64,000 nucleotides of DNA from an uncultured Acidimicrobiales bacterium. GTDB lineage: Bacteria; Actinomycetota; Acidimicrobiia; Acidimicrobiales; VFJN01. The position numbers were made by a program, and so were the translations under genes. Location: NCBI GenBank assembly GCA_963759225.1, contig CAVWYL010000001.1, forward strand, positions 2,996 through 66,995, written 5' to 3'. Each line of letters opens with the position of its first letter. Within the stretch, counting starts at the first letter, position 1. The notes beneath the pieces are model-generated. The model made no database searches. It was given only the letters and a program-made list of their open reading frames with translations, and was not told the DNA's origin. Of this stretch, positions 20,030 to 30,010 are shown one piece after another.

Positions 20030-22129
20030 CTAGTGCCTGGCCCGGGCCTGTTCCCCGTGACTGTCGACGGCGGTGCGCGGGCCCGCCATGTGGGCCGGAC
20101 GGTAGGGGCTCTCCGGGGCGGGTCCCGGCGGCGGGGGCGGGCCCGGCGGGTCGGGCGGCACCGCGGACGCCGGCATCAGGTGCCGCGACCGGCGGGCGCG
20201 GCGTCCCTGCTTGAACCACCAGATGGCCAGGAACAGCCCGGCGCCGATCGACAGGGCGAGGCCCACGCCCGAGATCGCCGTGGAGCGGATGTCGAACGTC
20301 GACCGGTCGAGCACGATCGAGCCGTCGATGCTGCTCACCACGACGTCCATCGTGAAGGCGCCGGAGGTGAGGACCCGCACGTCGACCTCGATCCGGTTGG
20401 TGCCGGGGGCCAGCGTGGGCGTGAGCACGTCGCCGTCGGGGAACTCGAGCTGGTCGCTGTCCAGCTCGACCCGCACGGTCAGCTCCTCCTCCGACAGGTT
20501 GGTCAGCCGGATCGGGATGCTGCTGGTGCGGGCGGTGAGCGTGATGCGGAACTCGTCCGGCAGGGTCACGGCCCCCTCCACCGAGCCGAGCTGGGTGTTC
20601 ACCCGGTCGACGTAGGCGGGGCGCAGCGCGTCGGGGGTCTCGGTGCCGGTGCTGACGAGCAGGGACTGGTGCAGCGACGAGGCCAGCTGCGGGTCGCCGA
20701 GCAGCTGGCCGAGGCCGTTGATGCTCGCCCGGGCCTCGCCCAGCTGGCGGGCGTCGATGGACCGCAGGTCGTCGGTGACCTGGTGGGGGGCCAGCTCCAC
20801 GCTCCCGGGGCCGTCGCCGCCCGCCGGCACCTCGGCCAGGAGCTGGTCGAGCGTCACCGGCCGCACCGCCTGGCCGTCGGCCAGCGCGCCGAGGGCCACC
20901 GGCGCGGCGGCCGCGTTGAGCGTGGCGTCGGGCGGGATGTGGACGACGACGCCCCGGGGATCGCTCGGTGCCTCCAGCCACTGGGCGGTCAGCTCGGCCA
21001 CGAACCGGTAGGCGCCGACCACGCCGGCGTCGCCGGTGAGGTGGGCGGCGAGCTGCGGGTCGCTGACCATGCCGAGCGGCCCGCCGTCGCCGAGCCGCAC
21101 CGGGGTCCGGGGGACGGCCGGGGCCTCCTGGACCTCGTCGTCGCCGCTGCCGTTGCCGTCGCCCAGCTCGACGGCCGACGGCGGCACCAGCGCCCGGTCG
21201 AGGCCGAGCTGCACCGCCACGCGGGCGGCCTCCGCGCCCAGCGTGGGACCGGACAGCCACACGCCGCCGACCGGCTCGGTCGCCAGCCGGGAGCGGATGA
21301 TGTTGGCCCCGCCTTCGGCCTGCGCGTTGGCCTCGGCGATGAGGCCGTTGCGCTGCAACGCCGCCAGGTCCACCTCGACGTAGGGGCGGGCGAGGGGGGT
21401 GCGGGCCGCGGCGTCGATCCGCAGGGCCGCGACGATCGCCGCGCCCTCGTCGCCCGACAGGGCGAGCGCCTCCACCGTCTCCGGGCGGGGGGCGACGGTC
21501 AGCGGCAGGCCCCGGACCTCGGCCAGCAGGTCGGCCCGCTCGCGGGCCCGAGCGACGGCCTCCTCGTCGAGGGCGACGGTGCCGTCCGGCTGGAGGGCGG
21601 TGGGACCGCCCACGTCGACGACCGCCGCCACCGCCAGGGGCGGGAAGTCCGGCGTCTCGGTCAGGAACGTGAGGTAGGTGACGAAGCTGTCGAGGGTGTC
21701 GCCGCCGGGGCCCACCAGCTGGACCTCGACGGGGTACACGCCGCGGCTCGGCAGGCGCACCCCGCCGCGGCCGGCCACGAAGCCGGCGGACACGGTGCCC
21801 CCCGGGCCGGCCGGCAGCCCGGACAGCGGCTGGCGGGTCCCCGCCGACAGCACGGCGCCGAGGTCGCCGTCCAGGGTGGCGCGGAACCCCTGCCGCGAGT
21901 CCGGCGCTTCGTGCACGACCAGGCGCACCGACGCGTCCGCCGGGGCGCCGGCCACCTGCACCCGCACGTCGAACCGTTCGCCCGGGTGGACCCACGTGGT
22001 CTGCCCCACCAGCTCGATCTGGGCGGGCGCCTGGGCGCCCGCGGGTCCGGCGGCGCCGGCCAGCGTCAGCGCCGCGAGGACGAGGGCCGCCAGCACGCGG
22101 AGGGGACGGGACCGCAGGGCCGCGGTCAT
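20030..22129 (-). CDS. Large exported protein with a C-terminal TM anchor (DUF6049-like, syntenic with mycobacterial Rv3909)
   Basis: ATG 22129 overlaps the GNAT stop (ATGA). The signal peptide is MTAALRSRPLRVLAALVLAALTLAGAAGPAGAQA. The protein is about 699 aa with a C-terminal TM segment GVGLALSIGAGLFLAIWWF. The family call rests on recollection and synteny only. Confidence 0.6.
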   Translation of the reverse strand: MTAALRSRPLRVLAALVLAALTLAGAAGPAGAQAPAQIELVGQTTWVHPGERFDVRVQVAGAPADASVRLVVHEAPDSRQGFRATLDGDLGAVLSAGTRQPLSGLPAGPGGTVSAGFVAGRGGVRLPSRGVYPVEVQLVGPGGDTLDSFVTYLTFLTETPDFPPLAVAAVVDVGGPTALQPDGTVALDEEAVARARERADLLAEVRGLPLTVAPRPETVEALALSGDEGAAIVAALRIDAAARTPLARPYVEVDLAALQRNGLIAEANAQAEGGANIIRSRLATEPVGGVWLSGPTLGAEAARVAVQLGLDRALVPPSAVELGDGNGSGDDEVQEAPAVPRTPVRLGDGGPLGMVSDPQLAAHLTGDAGVVGAYRFVAELTAQWLEAPSDPRGVVVHIPPDATLNAAAAPVALGALADGQAVRPVTLDQLLAEVPAGGDGPGSVELAPHQVTDDLRSIDARQLGEARASINGLGQLLGDPQLASSLHQSLLVSTGTETPDALRPAYVDRVNTQLGSVEGAVTLPDEFRITLTARTSSIPIRLTNLSEEELTVRVELDSDQLEFPDGDVLTPTLAPGTNRIEVDVRVLTSGAFTMDVVVSSIDGSIVLDRSTFDIRSTAISGVGLALSIGAGLFLAIWWFKQGRRARRSRHLMPASAVPPDPPGPPPPPGPAPESPYRPAHMAGPRTAVDSHGEQARARH

Positions 22130-22851
22130 CCGGCCTGCTCGAGCGACGTGCGCAGGACCGCCAGGCCGTCGGGCTGGAGGACGAACCCGGCCCGCTGGTA
22201 CAGCCGCAGCGAGCGGTCGTTGCCCTCCTGCGTGTTGACGAGGGCGTCGCGGGCGCCCCAGCGGCGCAGCCAGCGCAACCCGTCGGCCAGCAGCGCGGCG
22301 CCCACGCCCCGGCCCTGCACGTGGGGGTCGACCGCCAGGCGCTGCACGTAGCCGCGGGGCCCGGCCCGCCCGCACACCGCGTAGCCGAGGATGCGGGTGC
22401 CGGCCCGGGCCGTCTGGAAGTGCACGTTGGCGGTGGCGGTCAGCGCCTCGTCCAGGCCCACCTGGTCGAGCCGCCAGAACGGCGCGAAGGCGGCGTGGTC
22501 GACCGCGAGCACCTCGGCGTGGTCGCGGCGCCGGCCCCGGCGCAGGTCGCAGCCCGCGGGCAGCGGCGCCGGGACGGTGCGGTCGAACGTGTGGAGCAGG
22601 AGGTGGAGCCGCTCGATCTCGGTGAAGCCCACCGCCAGGAACGGCATGCGATCGGGGCGGGAGAGCGCGGCCGTGAGCGCGCTCTCGTAGCCCGCCCGCC
22701 GCAGCGACCGCAGCGAGCGGCGCACGTCGTCGGCGGTGAGCGGGCCCAGGAAGTCGCCGGCGGGCGCGACGTGGGCGACGCGGTCGTCGCCGTGCCACGG
22801 CCGGGCGCGCAGGCGGGAGCCGGTCCGGATGGGGGTGCGCATCAGGCTCAT
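22126..22851 (-). CDS. GNAT family N-acetyltransferase
   Basis: ORF 22126..22851 is intact, with the acetyl-CoA motif QRLAVDPHVQGRGVGAALL and LYQRAGF. Confidence 0.8.
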   Translation of the reverse strand: MSLMRTPIRTGSRLRARPWHGDDRVAHVAPAGDFLGPLTADDVRRSLRSLRRAGYESALTAALSRPDRMPFLAVGFTEIERLHLLLHTFDRTVPAPLPAGCDLRRGRRRDHAEVLAVDHAAFAPFWRLDQVGLDEALTATANVHFQTARAGTRILGYAVCGRAGPRGYVQRLAVDPHVQGRGVGAALLADGLRWLRRWGARDALVNTQEGNDRSLRLYQRAGFVLQPDGLAVLRTSLEQAG

Positions 22852-22935
22852 CGTGTGATCACCATGAGGTTAGGCAACGCGCACCCCCTGGTACGTGCCG
22901 GGGTCACGGGTGTGCCCGTTAGCGTTCAGGAGAAC

Positions 22936-23950
22936 ATGTCGGTCCTGTTCGTCTCGCATCCCCGCTACGTCGAGCACGACCCCGGTGCCGGACACCCCGA
23001 GCGGCCCCAGCGGCTGGTGGCGGTGGAGGCCGGGGCCGAGCTCGCGGGCCTCGGCGACGACCTCGTCCGGGTGCCCGCCCGGCCGGCGACGGTGCGCGAG
23101 ATCGAACGGGTGCACACCCCGACCTACGTCGGGGCGCTGGAGCGGTTCTGCCGCAGCGGCGGCGGCCACCTCGACGCCGACACCGCGGCCGTGCCCGCCT
23201 CGTGGGACGCGGCGCTGCTGGCCGCGGGAGCGGGGCTGGCCGCCGTCGACGCGCTGCAGCAGGGCGGGGCCACGGCCGCGTTCTGCGCGGTGCGCCCCCC
23301 GGGGCATCACGCCCTGTCCGCCCGGGCCATGGGGTTCTGCCTGTTCAACAACGTGGCGGTGGCCGCGGCGGCGCTGGCCGAGCAGGGCCAGCGGGTGCTG
23401 CTCGTCGACTACGACGCCCACCACGGCAACGGCACCCAGGACTCGTTCTATTACGACAAGCGGGTGACGTACGTGTCGTTCCACCAGTCGCCGCTGTACC
23501 CGGGCACCGGGTCGGTGCTGGAGACCGGCGACGGCGAGGGCCGGGGGCGCACGGTGAACGTCCCGGTGCCGCCGGGGGCGACGGGCGACGTCTACCGGGC
23601 CGCCATCGAGGAGGTCGTGGCGCCGCTGGCGGCCGAGATCGACGCCACCTGGCTGCTGCTGTCGGCCGGGTTCGACGCCCACCGGGCCGACCCGCTGACC
23701 GAGCTGGGGCTGACGTCGGGCGACTACGCCGACATGACCGCCGACCTGGCCGCCGCTCGTCGAACCGGGCCGGGTGCTGGCGTTCCTGGAGGGCGGCTAC
23801 GACCTCGAGGCGCTGCGGGACTCGACGGCGGCGGCCCTCGGGGCCCTGGCCGGCGAGCGGCTCCACCCGGAGGCACCGAGCGGCGGCGGACCCGGCCGGG
23901 ACGCCGTCGTGGCCGCCGAGCTGGCCCACCGGCGGGCCGCCGGGGCCTGA
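22936..23950 (+). CDS. Histone deacetylase-family (AcuC/APAH-like) deacetylase, with an apparent 1-nt insertion near 23758
   Basis: ATG 22936 is preceded by AGGAG. Motifs: HPERPQR, RPPGHHA, LLVDYDAHHGNGTQ, SAGFDAH. After ADMTADLAA the sensible end VEPGRVLAFLEGGYDLEALRDS...HRRAAGA* is in another frame (TGA 23948-23950). Confidence 0.85.
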
Positions 23951-23971
23951 CCCGGCGGGCTGGTAGGCCGG

Positions 23972-25403
23972 GTGACAGCCCGGTATCCCGCAGAGGCAGC
24001 CAGGCCGGTGGCTCTAGCCTGGCCGGTCGTGGTCCCTGAGCGCCTCCAGCCGATCCTCGACGACGTGCGCCCCCTCGCCGACCGCTTCCACGCGGCCGGG
24101 CACGCCGTCTACCTCGTGGGCGGCATCGTGCGTGACCTGCTGCTGGGGCGGCTGCGGCCCGGGTCCGACCTCGACCTGACCACCGACGCCCGGCCCGAGC
24201 AGACGAAGGCGATCCTCGACGGGTGGGCCGACGCGCTGTGGGAGCAGGGGGCGGCGTTCGGCACGATCGGCGCCCGCAAGGGCGACATCGTGTTCGAGAT
24301 CACCACCCACCGCGCCGAGGCCTACCGCGAGGACTCGCGCAAGCCCCACGTCGTGTACGCGTCCGACGTCGCCGAGGACCTGTCCCGGCGCGACTTCACC
24401 GTGAACGCCATGGCGCTGCGCCTCCCCGACGTCGAGCTGGTCGACCCGTTCGGCGGGGCCGCCGACCTGGCGGCCGGCGCACTGCGCACGCCGCTGACCC
24501 CGGAGGTGTCGTTCTCCGACGACCCGCTGCGCATGCTGCGGGCCGCCCGGTTCGTCGCCGGCTACGGCTTCGAGCCCGACAAGGAGGTCGAGGCGGCCGT
24601 GCGGGACATGCGGGGCCGCCTGGAGATCGTGTCGGCCGAGCGCATCCGCGACGAGCTGTCCAAGCTGCTGGTGGTGGACGACCCGAGCGCCGGGCTGTGG
24701 TTCCTGGCCGACACCGGCCTGGCCGACGAGTTCCTGCCCGAGCTGCGGGCCATGCGGCTGGAGCAGGATCCCATCCACCGCCACAAGGACGTGCTGGCCC
24801 ACACGATCGCGGTCGTGGCCAAGACGTCGCCCCGGCTGGTGGTGCGGCTGGCGGCGCTGCTGCACGACGTGGGCAAGCCCCGCACCCGGGCGATCGGCCC
24901 CCGGGGCGTGAGCTTCCACCATCACGAGGTCGTGGGGGCGCGCATGGCCCGCGACCGGCTCCGGGCCCTGCGGTTCCCGACCCAGGTGGTCGACGACGTG
25001 CAGCGGCTCGTGTTCCTCCACCTGCGGTTCCACGGCTACGGCGACGACGTGTGGTCCGACTCGGCGGTGCGCCGCTACGCCCGGGACGCCGGCCCGCTGC
25101 TCGACGACCTCAACGAGCTGACCCGCTGCGACTGCACGACCCGCAACGAGCGCCGGGCCCGGATGCTGGCCGCCCGCATGGACGCGCTGGAGGCCCGCAT
25201 CGCCGAGCTCCGTGAGCGGGAGGAGCTCGACGCCCTGCGCCCCGACATCGACGGCAACCGGGTGATGGAGCTGCTCGGCATCGGCCCCGGCCGCGCGGTG
25301 GGCGAGGCGCTGGCGATGCTGCTGGAGGCCCGCCTCGACGAGGGCCCGCTCGGCGAGGAGGAGGCCGAACGCCGCGTGCGGGAGTGGTGGGCGGCGCGCT
25401 CGA
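23972..25403 (+). CDS. cca: CCA-adding tRNA nucleotidyltransferase (PcnA-like); 3' end inferred because the stop codon is apparently destroyed
   Basis: ORF 23972..26242 carries YLVGGIVRDLLLG, DLDLTT, RRDFTVNAMA and the HD domain HRHKDVLAHT...LLHDVGKP. Sensible sequence ends at ...RVREWWAAR (residue about 476). Beyond that the ORF runs antisense through the methyltransferase. The tcga at 25400-25403 would be TGA if the c were deleted. Confidence 0.8.
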
Positions 25404-25440
25404 GACGCCACCCGTCGCCCGTGGACAGCGGAGTGCGCCG

Positions 25441-26158
25441 TCAGGCGCCCAGCTTGCGGGCCCGGACGATGAGCGTCGGCGGGACCCAGCGCATGGCGTC
25501 GGACCACGCGTCGCCCGCGACGGTCTGGTCGGCCGGCGGCTCCAGCAGGCTGTCGACAGCGAACCCGGCCCGGCCGAGGGCGCCGAACAGGCCGGTCAGC
25601 GTGACCACGTGGTCCGGCTCGCTGCGGTCGTCGGCCACCGACCACGGCGCCGGCGCCGTGTCCCACCAGGTGCGGCGCAGCACCGGCTCGGTCGCCACCG
25701 GGTCGAGCATCACGAACGCCGGGTGGGGCAGCGAGAACACGAACGGGCCGGTCCGGCCGCAGCACCCGGTGGACCTGGCGGAACACCCGGTCGCGGTCCT
25801 CGACCGTGGCCAACCCGTAGGTCGACACCGCGGCGTCGATCGTGTCGGCCCGCACGAAGGCCAGCTCGGCCAGGGGCCCGTGGTGGGTCTCGACCTTGAC
25901 CCCCTCCCGATCGGCGCGCTCGCGGGTGTCGGACAGGTTCGCGGCCACGTCGTCGACGGCGATGACCCGGGCACCCGCCTTGGCCAGGGCCACCGCACCC
26001 GCCCCGGCCCCGCACCCCAGCTCGAGGATGCGGCGGCCGGACACCTGGCCGAGCAGCCGCAGGTCGCTCTCCGGGGGCAGGCCCGGGCCGTAGCGGACGG
26101 CGTCGGCGTCGAGGCTGGCACCGGCGGCGCCGGCGAGGGAGAAACGGGTCCACGGCAT
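25441..26158 (-). CDS. Class I SAM-dependent methyltransferase, with an apparent 1-nt insertion near 25750
   Basis: The N-terminus from ATG 26158 is MPWTRFSL...RILELGCGAGAGAVALAKAGARVIAVD (frame of ORF 24014..26323). The C-terminus GPFVFSLPHPAF...IVRARKLGA* is in ORF 25441..26271. Confidence 0.8.
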
Positions 26159-26262
26159 GGCGCCCAGTGTGGCGCGCCGGGCAAGGCGGTGCCGGTGAGT
26201 AGTGACACGACCCGGATCAGCGCGCAGGACCACCGTTCGTAGGGTGCACGCCGGGCGGGACG

Positions 26263-28488
26263 GTGCCACACTTTGGGTGGCCCATGACACAGATGGCAAC
26301 GACGGGCACGGGACCGAGGTCACCGGGGGCGGGCGGCCAGGAGCACTGGTCGCTGCCCGGTGGCGCGCTCGCGCTGGTCCTGACCTGGGACGAGAGCGGC
26401 CGCTGCACCAGCGCCCGGGCCGACGGGTCGACCGCGGGCGCCCTCAGCGCGGCGGCGCTGTGCGGCGACGGCTGGCTCGACGTGTTCCACCCCGAGGACC
26501 GGCGCGAGACCGCCGAGTGGCTGCGATCCGTGCTGCGGGGCGGCGATCCCCGCGAGGAGGCCGTCCGGCTCGCGGACGGCGACCGGTGGGCGATCCTCCG
26601 CCTCCGGCCGGGCGACGGCGAGCCGCCGGGTGTCGCCGCCCGCGGCGTGGTCGTCGACGCCACCCGCTCGCTCGGCGCCACCGCCCGCATGGCCCGGCTG
26701 GTCGAGGGGTTCAACAGCCTGCGCCACCCGCTCGACATCGTGGCCGCCATGCTGGACGACGGCGTGACCATGGTCGGGGGCCGCACGGCCACCCTGCACG
26801 TGCTGTCCGACACCGGCGACGCGCTGGTGTCGGCCGGGTCGGTGGGGCTGCCCGAGGGTGCGGTGGAGGAGCGGTTCGGCCGCATCCCGCTGTCCGCGGA
26901 CCTGCCCGCCTCCGAGGTCATGCGCACCGGCCGGCCGGTGGTGGTGCGGTCCGACAGCGAGCGCCGCGAGCGCTATCCGGGCCTCGACGGCCTGTCCATC
27001 AACTACGACCCGGCCTTCGTCGTCGTGCCGCTGAACGATGCGCAGGGCCGGCCGTTCGGCGCCATGGGCATCGGCTTCTCCGACGAGACCACGATCAGCG
27101 ACGAGGACTACGACTTCCTGCGCGACGTGGCCGCCCACTGCGCCGTCGCCCTCGACCGGGCCCGGCTGGCCGACGCCGCCGAGCGGGCGCAGGGCCACCT
27201 CGGCTTCCTCGACGAGCTGAGCGCCGCCCTGTCGAGCAGCCTCCAGATCGACACCGCGCTGGCCCAGCTGGCCGCGCTCACCGTGCCCCGCATCGCCGAC
27301 TGGTGCGTCGTGCGCATGATCGAGTCGGCCTCCAACCCGCGGCCGCTCGTGGGCGCGGCCCACGTCGACCCGAGCCGCGACGAGGGGCTGCAGCGGCTGG
27401 CGCAGCGCTTCCCCCGGGACCTGGCCCGGGTGGGTGAGCTCGGCGAGGCCCTGTCCGCCGGCCGCCCGCTCATCCGGGGGACCCAGGGCGTCGCCATGCT
27501 GGCCTCGTGGTTCGACGACCCGGCCGACCGGGCCGCGGTCGACGCCGCGGGCGAGGGCGGCGTCGCCGTGTTCCCGCTGCACGCCCGGGGGCGGCTGCTG
27601 GGCGCGCTGGCCTTCGGCAACCGGCCGGGCCGGTCGTTCGCCGAGGCCGACATCGCGCTGGCCACCGCCGTGGCCAGCCGGGCGGCGGTCATCGTCGACA
27701 ACGCCCGCCTGTTCCACGAGCAGTCCGGCGTGGCCCGGGCCCTGCAGGACAGCCTGCTGCCCGCCCGCCTGCCCGACATCCCCGGCCTCGAGCTGGGCGC
27801 CCGCTACAAGGCCGCCGGCCAGGGCCTCGACGTGGGCGGCGACTTCTACGACGCCTTCCAGGCCGACGACAACTGGTGGATCATCGCCGTCGGCGACGTG
27901 TGCGGCCACGGCGTCGAGGCCGCCGCCACCACCGGCCTCGTGCGTCACACGATCCGCTCGGCCGCCATGAGCAGCGTCATGCCGTCCGCGGTGCTCGGCC
28001 ACCTCAACTCGATGCTGCTGCGGTCGGCCGCCGAGCGCGAGGGCATCGACGACGAGAGGGTGCCGCTCAGCCCGCGGTTCTGCACCGTGCTGGTCGGGGC
28101 GGTCCAGCCGACGCCCCGGGGCGTGGACATCATCCTGTGCTCGGGCGGGCATCCGCTGCCGCTGGTGCGGCGCACCGTGGGCCGGGTCGAGCCCGTCGGC
28201 GTCCCGGGGACGCTGCTCGGCGTGACCGACGAGCTCCGCCTGACCGACAGCGTCGTCCACCTCGACCCCGGCGACGCGCTGGTCTGCTACACGGACGGCC
28301 TCATCGACCGGCGGGCGGGGCGGCGGGCCTTCGGCGAGGAGGGCGTCGTCAAGGCGATCTACCAGGGCCAGAGCCTGCGCGCCGGCGAGCTGGCCCAGCT
28401 CATCGAGGCCGAGGCCGTCAGCTTCGTCGACGACGACCCGGCCGACGACATGGCGGTGCTGGCGCTGGTGGCCCTGCCCCGGTCGTAG
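26263..28488 (+). CDS. PAS/GAF-domain PP2C (SpoIIE-type) serine phosphatase
   Basis: ORF 26263..28488 is intact (alternative starts ATG 26284 and 26293). The C-terminal part has the SpoIIE/PP2C signature LDVGGDFYDAF...IAVGDVCGHGVEAAATTG...LVCYTDGLID. Upstream are GAF-like repeats. Confidence 0.85.
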   Translation: MPHFGWPMTQMATTGTGPRSPGAGGQEHWSLPGGALALVLTWDESGRCTSARADGSTAGALSAAALCGDGWLDVFHPEDRRETAEWLRSVLRGGDPREEAVRLADGDRWAILRLRPGDGEPPGVAARGVVVDATRSLGATARMARLVEGFNSLRHPLDIVAAMLDDGVTMVGGRTATLHVLSDTGDALVSAGSVGLPEGAVEERFGRIPLSADLPASEVMRTGRPVVVRSDSERRERYPGLDGLSINYDPAFVVVPLNDAQGRPFGAMGIGFSDETTISDEDYDFLRDVAAHCAVALDRARLADAAERAQGHLGFLDELSAALSSSLQIDTALAQLAALTVPRIADWCVVRMIESASNPRPLVGAAHVDPSRDEGLQRLAQRFPRDLARVGELGEALSAGRPLIRGTQGVAMLASWFDDPADRAAVDAAGEGGVAVFPLHARGRLLGALAFGNRPGRSFAEADIALATAVASRAAVIVDNARLFHEQSGVARALQDSLLPARLPDIPGLELGARYKAAGQGLDVGGDFYDAFQADDNWWIIAVGDVCGHGVEAAATTGLVRHTIRSAAMSSVMPSAVLGHLNSMLLRSAAEREGIDDERVPLSPRFCTVLVGAVQPTPRGVDIILCSGGHPLPLVRRTVGRVEPVGVPGTLLGVTDELRLTDSVVHLDPGDALVCYTDGLIDRRAGRRAFGEEGVVKAIYQGQSLRAGELAQLIEAEAVSFVDDDPADDMAVLALVALPRS

Positions 28489-28603
28489 AGGCTGCGCCGA
28501 CAGGCGTAGCCGTGGCCCGAGCGGCCCGCTGCGAAGCAGCAAGAGCGGGAGGCACGGACCACGGTCGCTCGCTAGGTCGTGCGCCCGCACGTAGCGCCCG
28601 GCG

Positions 28604-29379
28604 TCAGGCGAACCGCCGGTGGCGACGATGGCGCCCGTCGGCGTCGGCGAGCCGCCCTCCGGCTCGGTGGACAGGGCCAGCTGGGCCGTGCCGGCCGGGA
28701 CCCCGACGGCGGCGACGCCGGTGCTGCCGTCGCCGATCACGCCGAGCGACACGGGGACGTCGCCCTCGCCGCCCAGCTTCCACAGCTGGTACTCCTCGCC
28801 CTCGGGCAGCTGGGGCAGGTCGTCGACCAGCACGTAGCCGGTGGTGCCGTCGACCACGACCCGCGCCGCGTCCTGGCCGTCGCCGGTGGCGAGGGTGGCG
28901 ACGGTGGCGTCCGGGTCGTCGAGGGCGGCGGCGGCCAGCTCGGCGAGGTCCTCGGGCTCGTCCTCGGCACCGCCGATGGCGATGCCCACCACGCCGCCGA
29001 CGACCAGGGCCGCGGCGGCGGCCGCGCCGACCAGCGCCCAGCGGGAGCGGTCGGGGCGGGACCGGGGACGCAGGTGGATCGGGCCCGCGGGCGGGGCGGC
29101 GGCCGCCGGGGGCGGTGTCGCCATCGGCGCCGACGGCATGACCGGCAGCGGGGTGGGCACGTCGGCGGCGCCGATGTCGGCCGCGATGCGCTGCCACACG
29201 GCGGGCGGCGGCGCCTCGTCGGCGGTGAGCGCGGCGAGCGTGGCGCGGTGCTCGTCCACCAGCGCCAGGCACGACGGGCACGACGCCAGGTGGGCCTCGA
29301 CCGCGTCCCGCTCGTCGCCCTCCAGGGCGTCGAGGGCGTAGAGGGCCAGCTCGTCCTCGGGGTGCGCGGGCGCGTTCAC
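28604..29379 (-). CDS. Anti-sigma-K (RskA-like) factor; the last codons are out of frame (apparent 1-nt deletion near 28607-28625)
   Basis: GTG 29379 overlaps the sigma stop. The zf-HC2 motif is HLASCPSCLALVDEH, the TM segment is WALVGAAAAAALVVGGVVGIAI, and the RskA-type C-domain is EEYQLWKLGG...ALSTEPEGGSPTPTGAIVATGG. The ORF then reads on for 2.2 kb antisense to the PP2C gene. The nearest stop (TGA 28604) is one frame off. Confidence 0.78.
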
Positions 29380-29954
29380 AGCGTCACCCCCTCGGCCTCG
29401 AGGGCGCGCCGGAGCCGCCCGAGCCCGGAGCGGATGCGGCTCTTCACCGTGCCCTCCGGCTGGCCGAGCTGGGCCGCGGCCTCGCGGTAGCTGCGCCCGC
29501 CGAAGTAGGCGAGCACGATGGGGTCCCGCTCCTCGCGCGGCAGCGAGTCGAGGGCCCGGCGGACGTGGTCGGCGAGAGCCAGCTCCTCGACCGTGGCCTC
29601 GACGTCGGCCTCGGGCGGGCGCGCGACGGCCAGCTGACCGTCGCGCTCGTCGCGCCGCCGCCGGGATTCCTCGGACCGCACGATGTCCACGCTACGGCCG
29701 TGTGCCTGCGTGAGCAGCCACGAGCGCAGGGATCCTCTGGTCGGGTCGTACCGCTGCGGCGAGGCCCACAGCTCGGTGAACACGGTCTGGCACACCTCTT
29801 CGGCCCGGTGCCGGTCCCGCAGGACGCGGCGGGCCAGCGCCCACATGGCGCCGCTGTGGCGCCGGTAGATCTCCGCCAGCGCGCCGGGGTCGCGGCGCGC
29901 CACACCGGCGGCCAGCTCGACGTCGGTCGTCTCGTCGTGGATCGCGGACCCCAT
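29376..29954 (-). CDS. ECF RNA polymerase sigma factor (SigK-like)
   Basis: ORF 29376..29954 is intact. Region 2 is VFTELWASPQRYDPTRGSLRSWLLTQAHGRSVDIVR and region 4 is SYREAAAQLGQPEGTVKSRIRSGL. Confidence 0.9.
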   Translation of the reverse strand: MGSAIHDETTDVELAAGVARRDPGALAEIYRRHSGAMWALARRVLRDRHRAEEVCQTVFTELWASPQRYDPTRGSLRSWLLTQAHGRSVDIVRSEESRRRRDERDGQLAVARPPEADVEATVEELALADHVRRALDSLPREERDPIVLAYFGGRSYREAAAQLGQPEGTVKSRIRSGLGRLRRALEAEGVTL

Positions 29955-30010
29955 CCCTGGGGATCACGGTAGACGCCGGGACGCGGGGCGCACGGCCTGG
30001 ACGGGAGACG

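Noticed and set aside
24014-26323. The 769-aa minus-strand ORF spanning the cca gene.
   Set aside because: Only its first roughly 190 residues (from Met 26158) are methyltransferase. After the 1-nt shift near 25750 it continues as antisense junk across cca.
26320-28603. The 3' two-thirds of ORF 26320..29379 (1019 aa).
   Set aside because: Recognisable RskA-like sequence ends near 28610. The remainder is antisense to the intact PAS-GAF-PP2C gene and is His/Arg/Gly/Asp-rich junk caused by loss of the stop through a frameshift.
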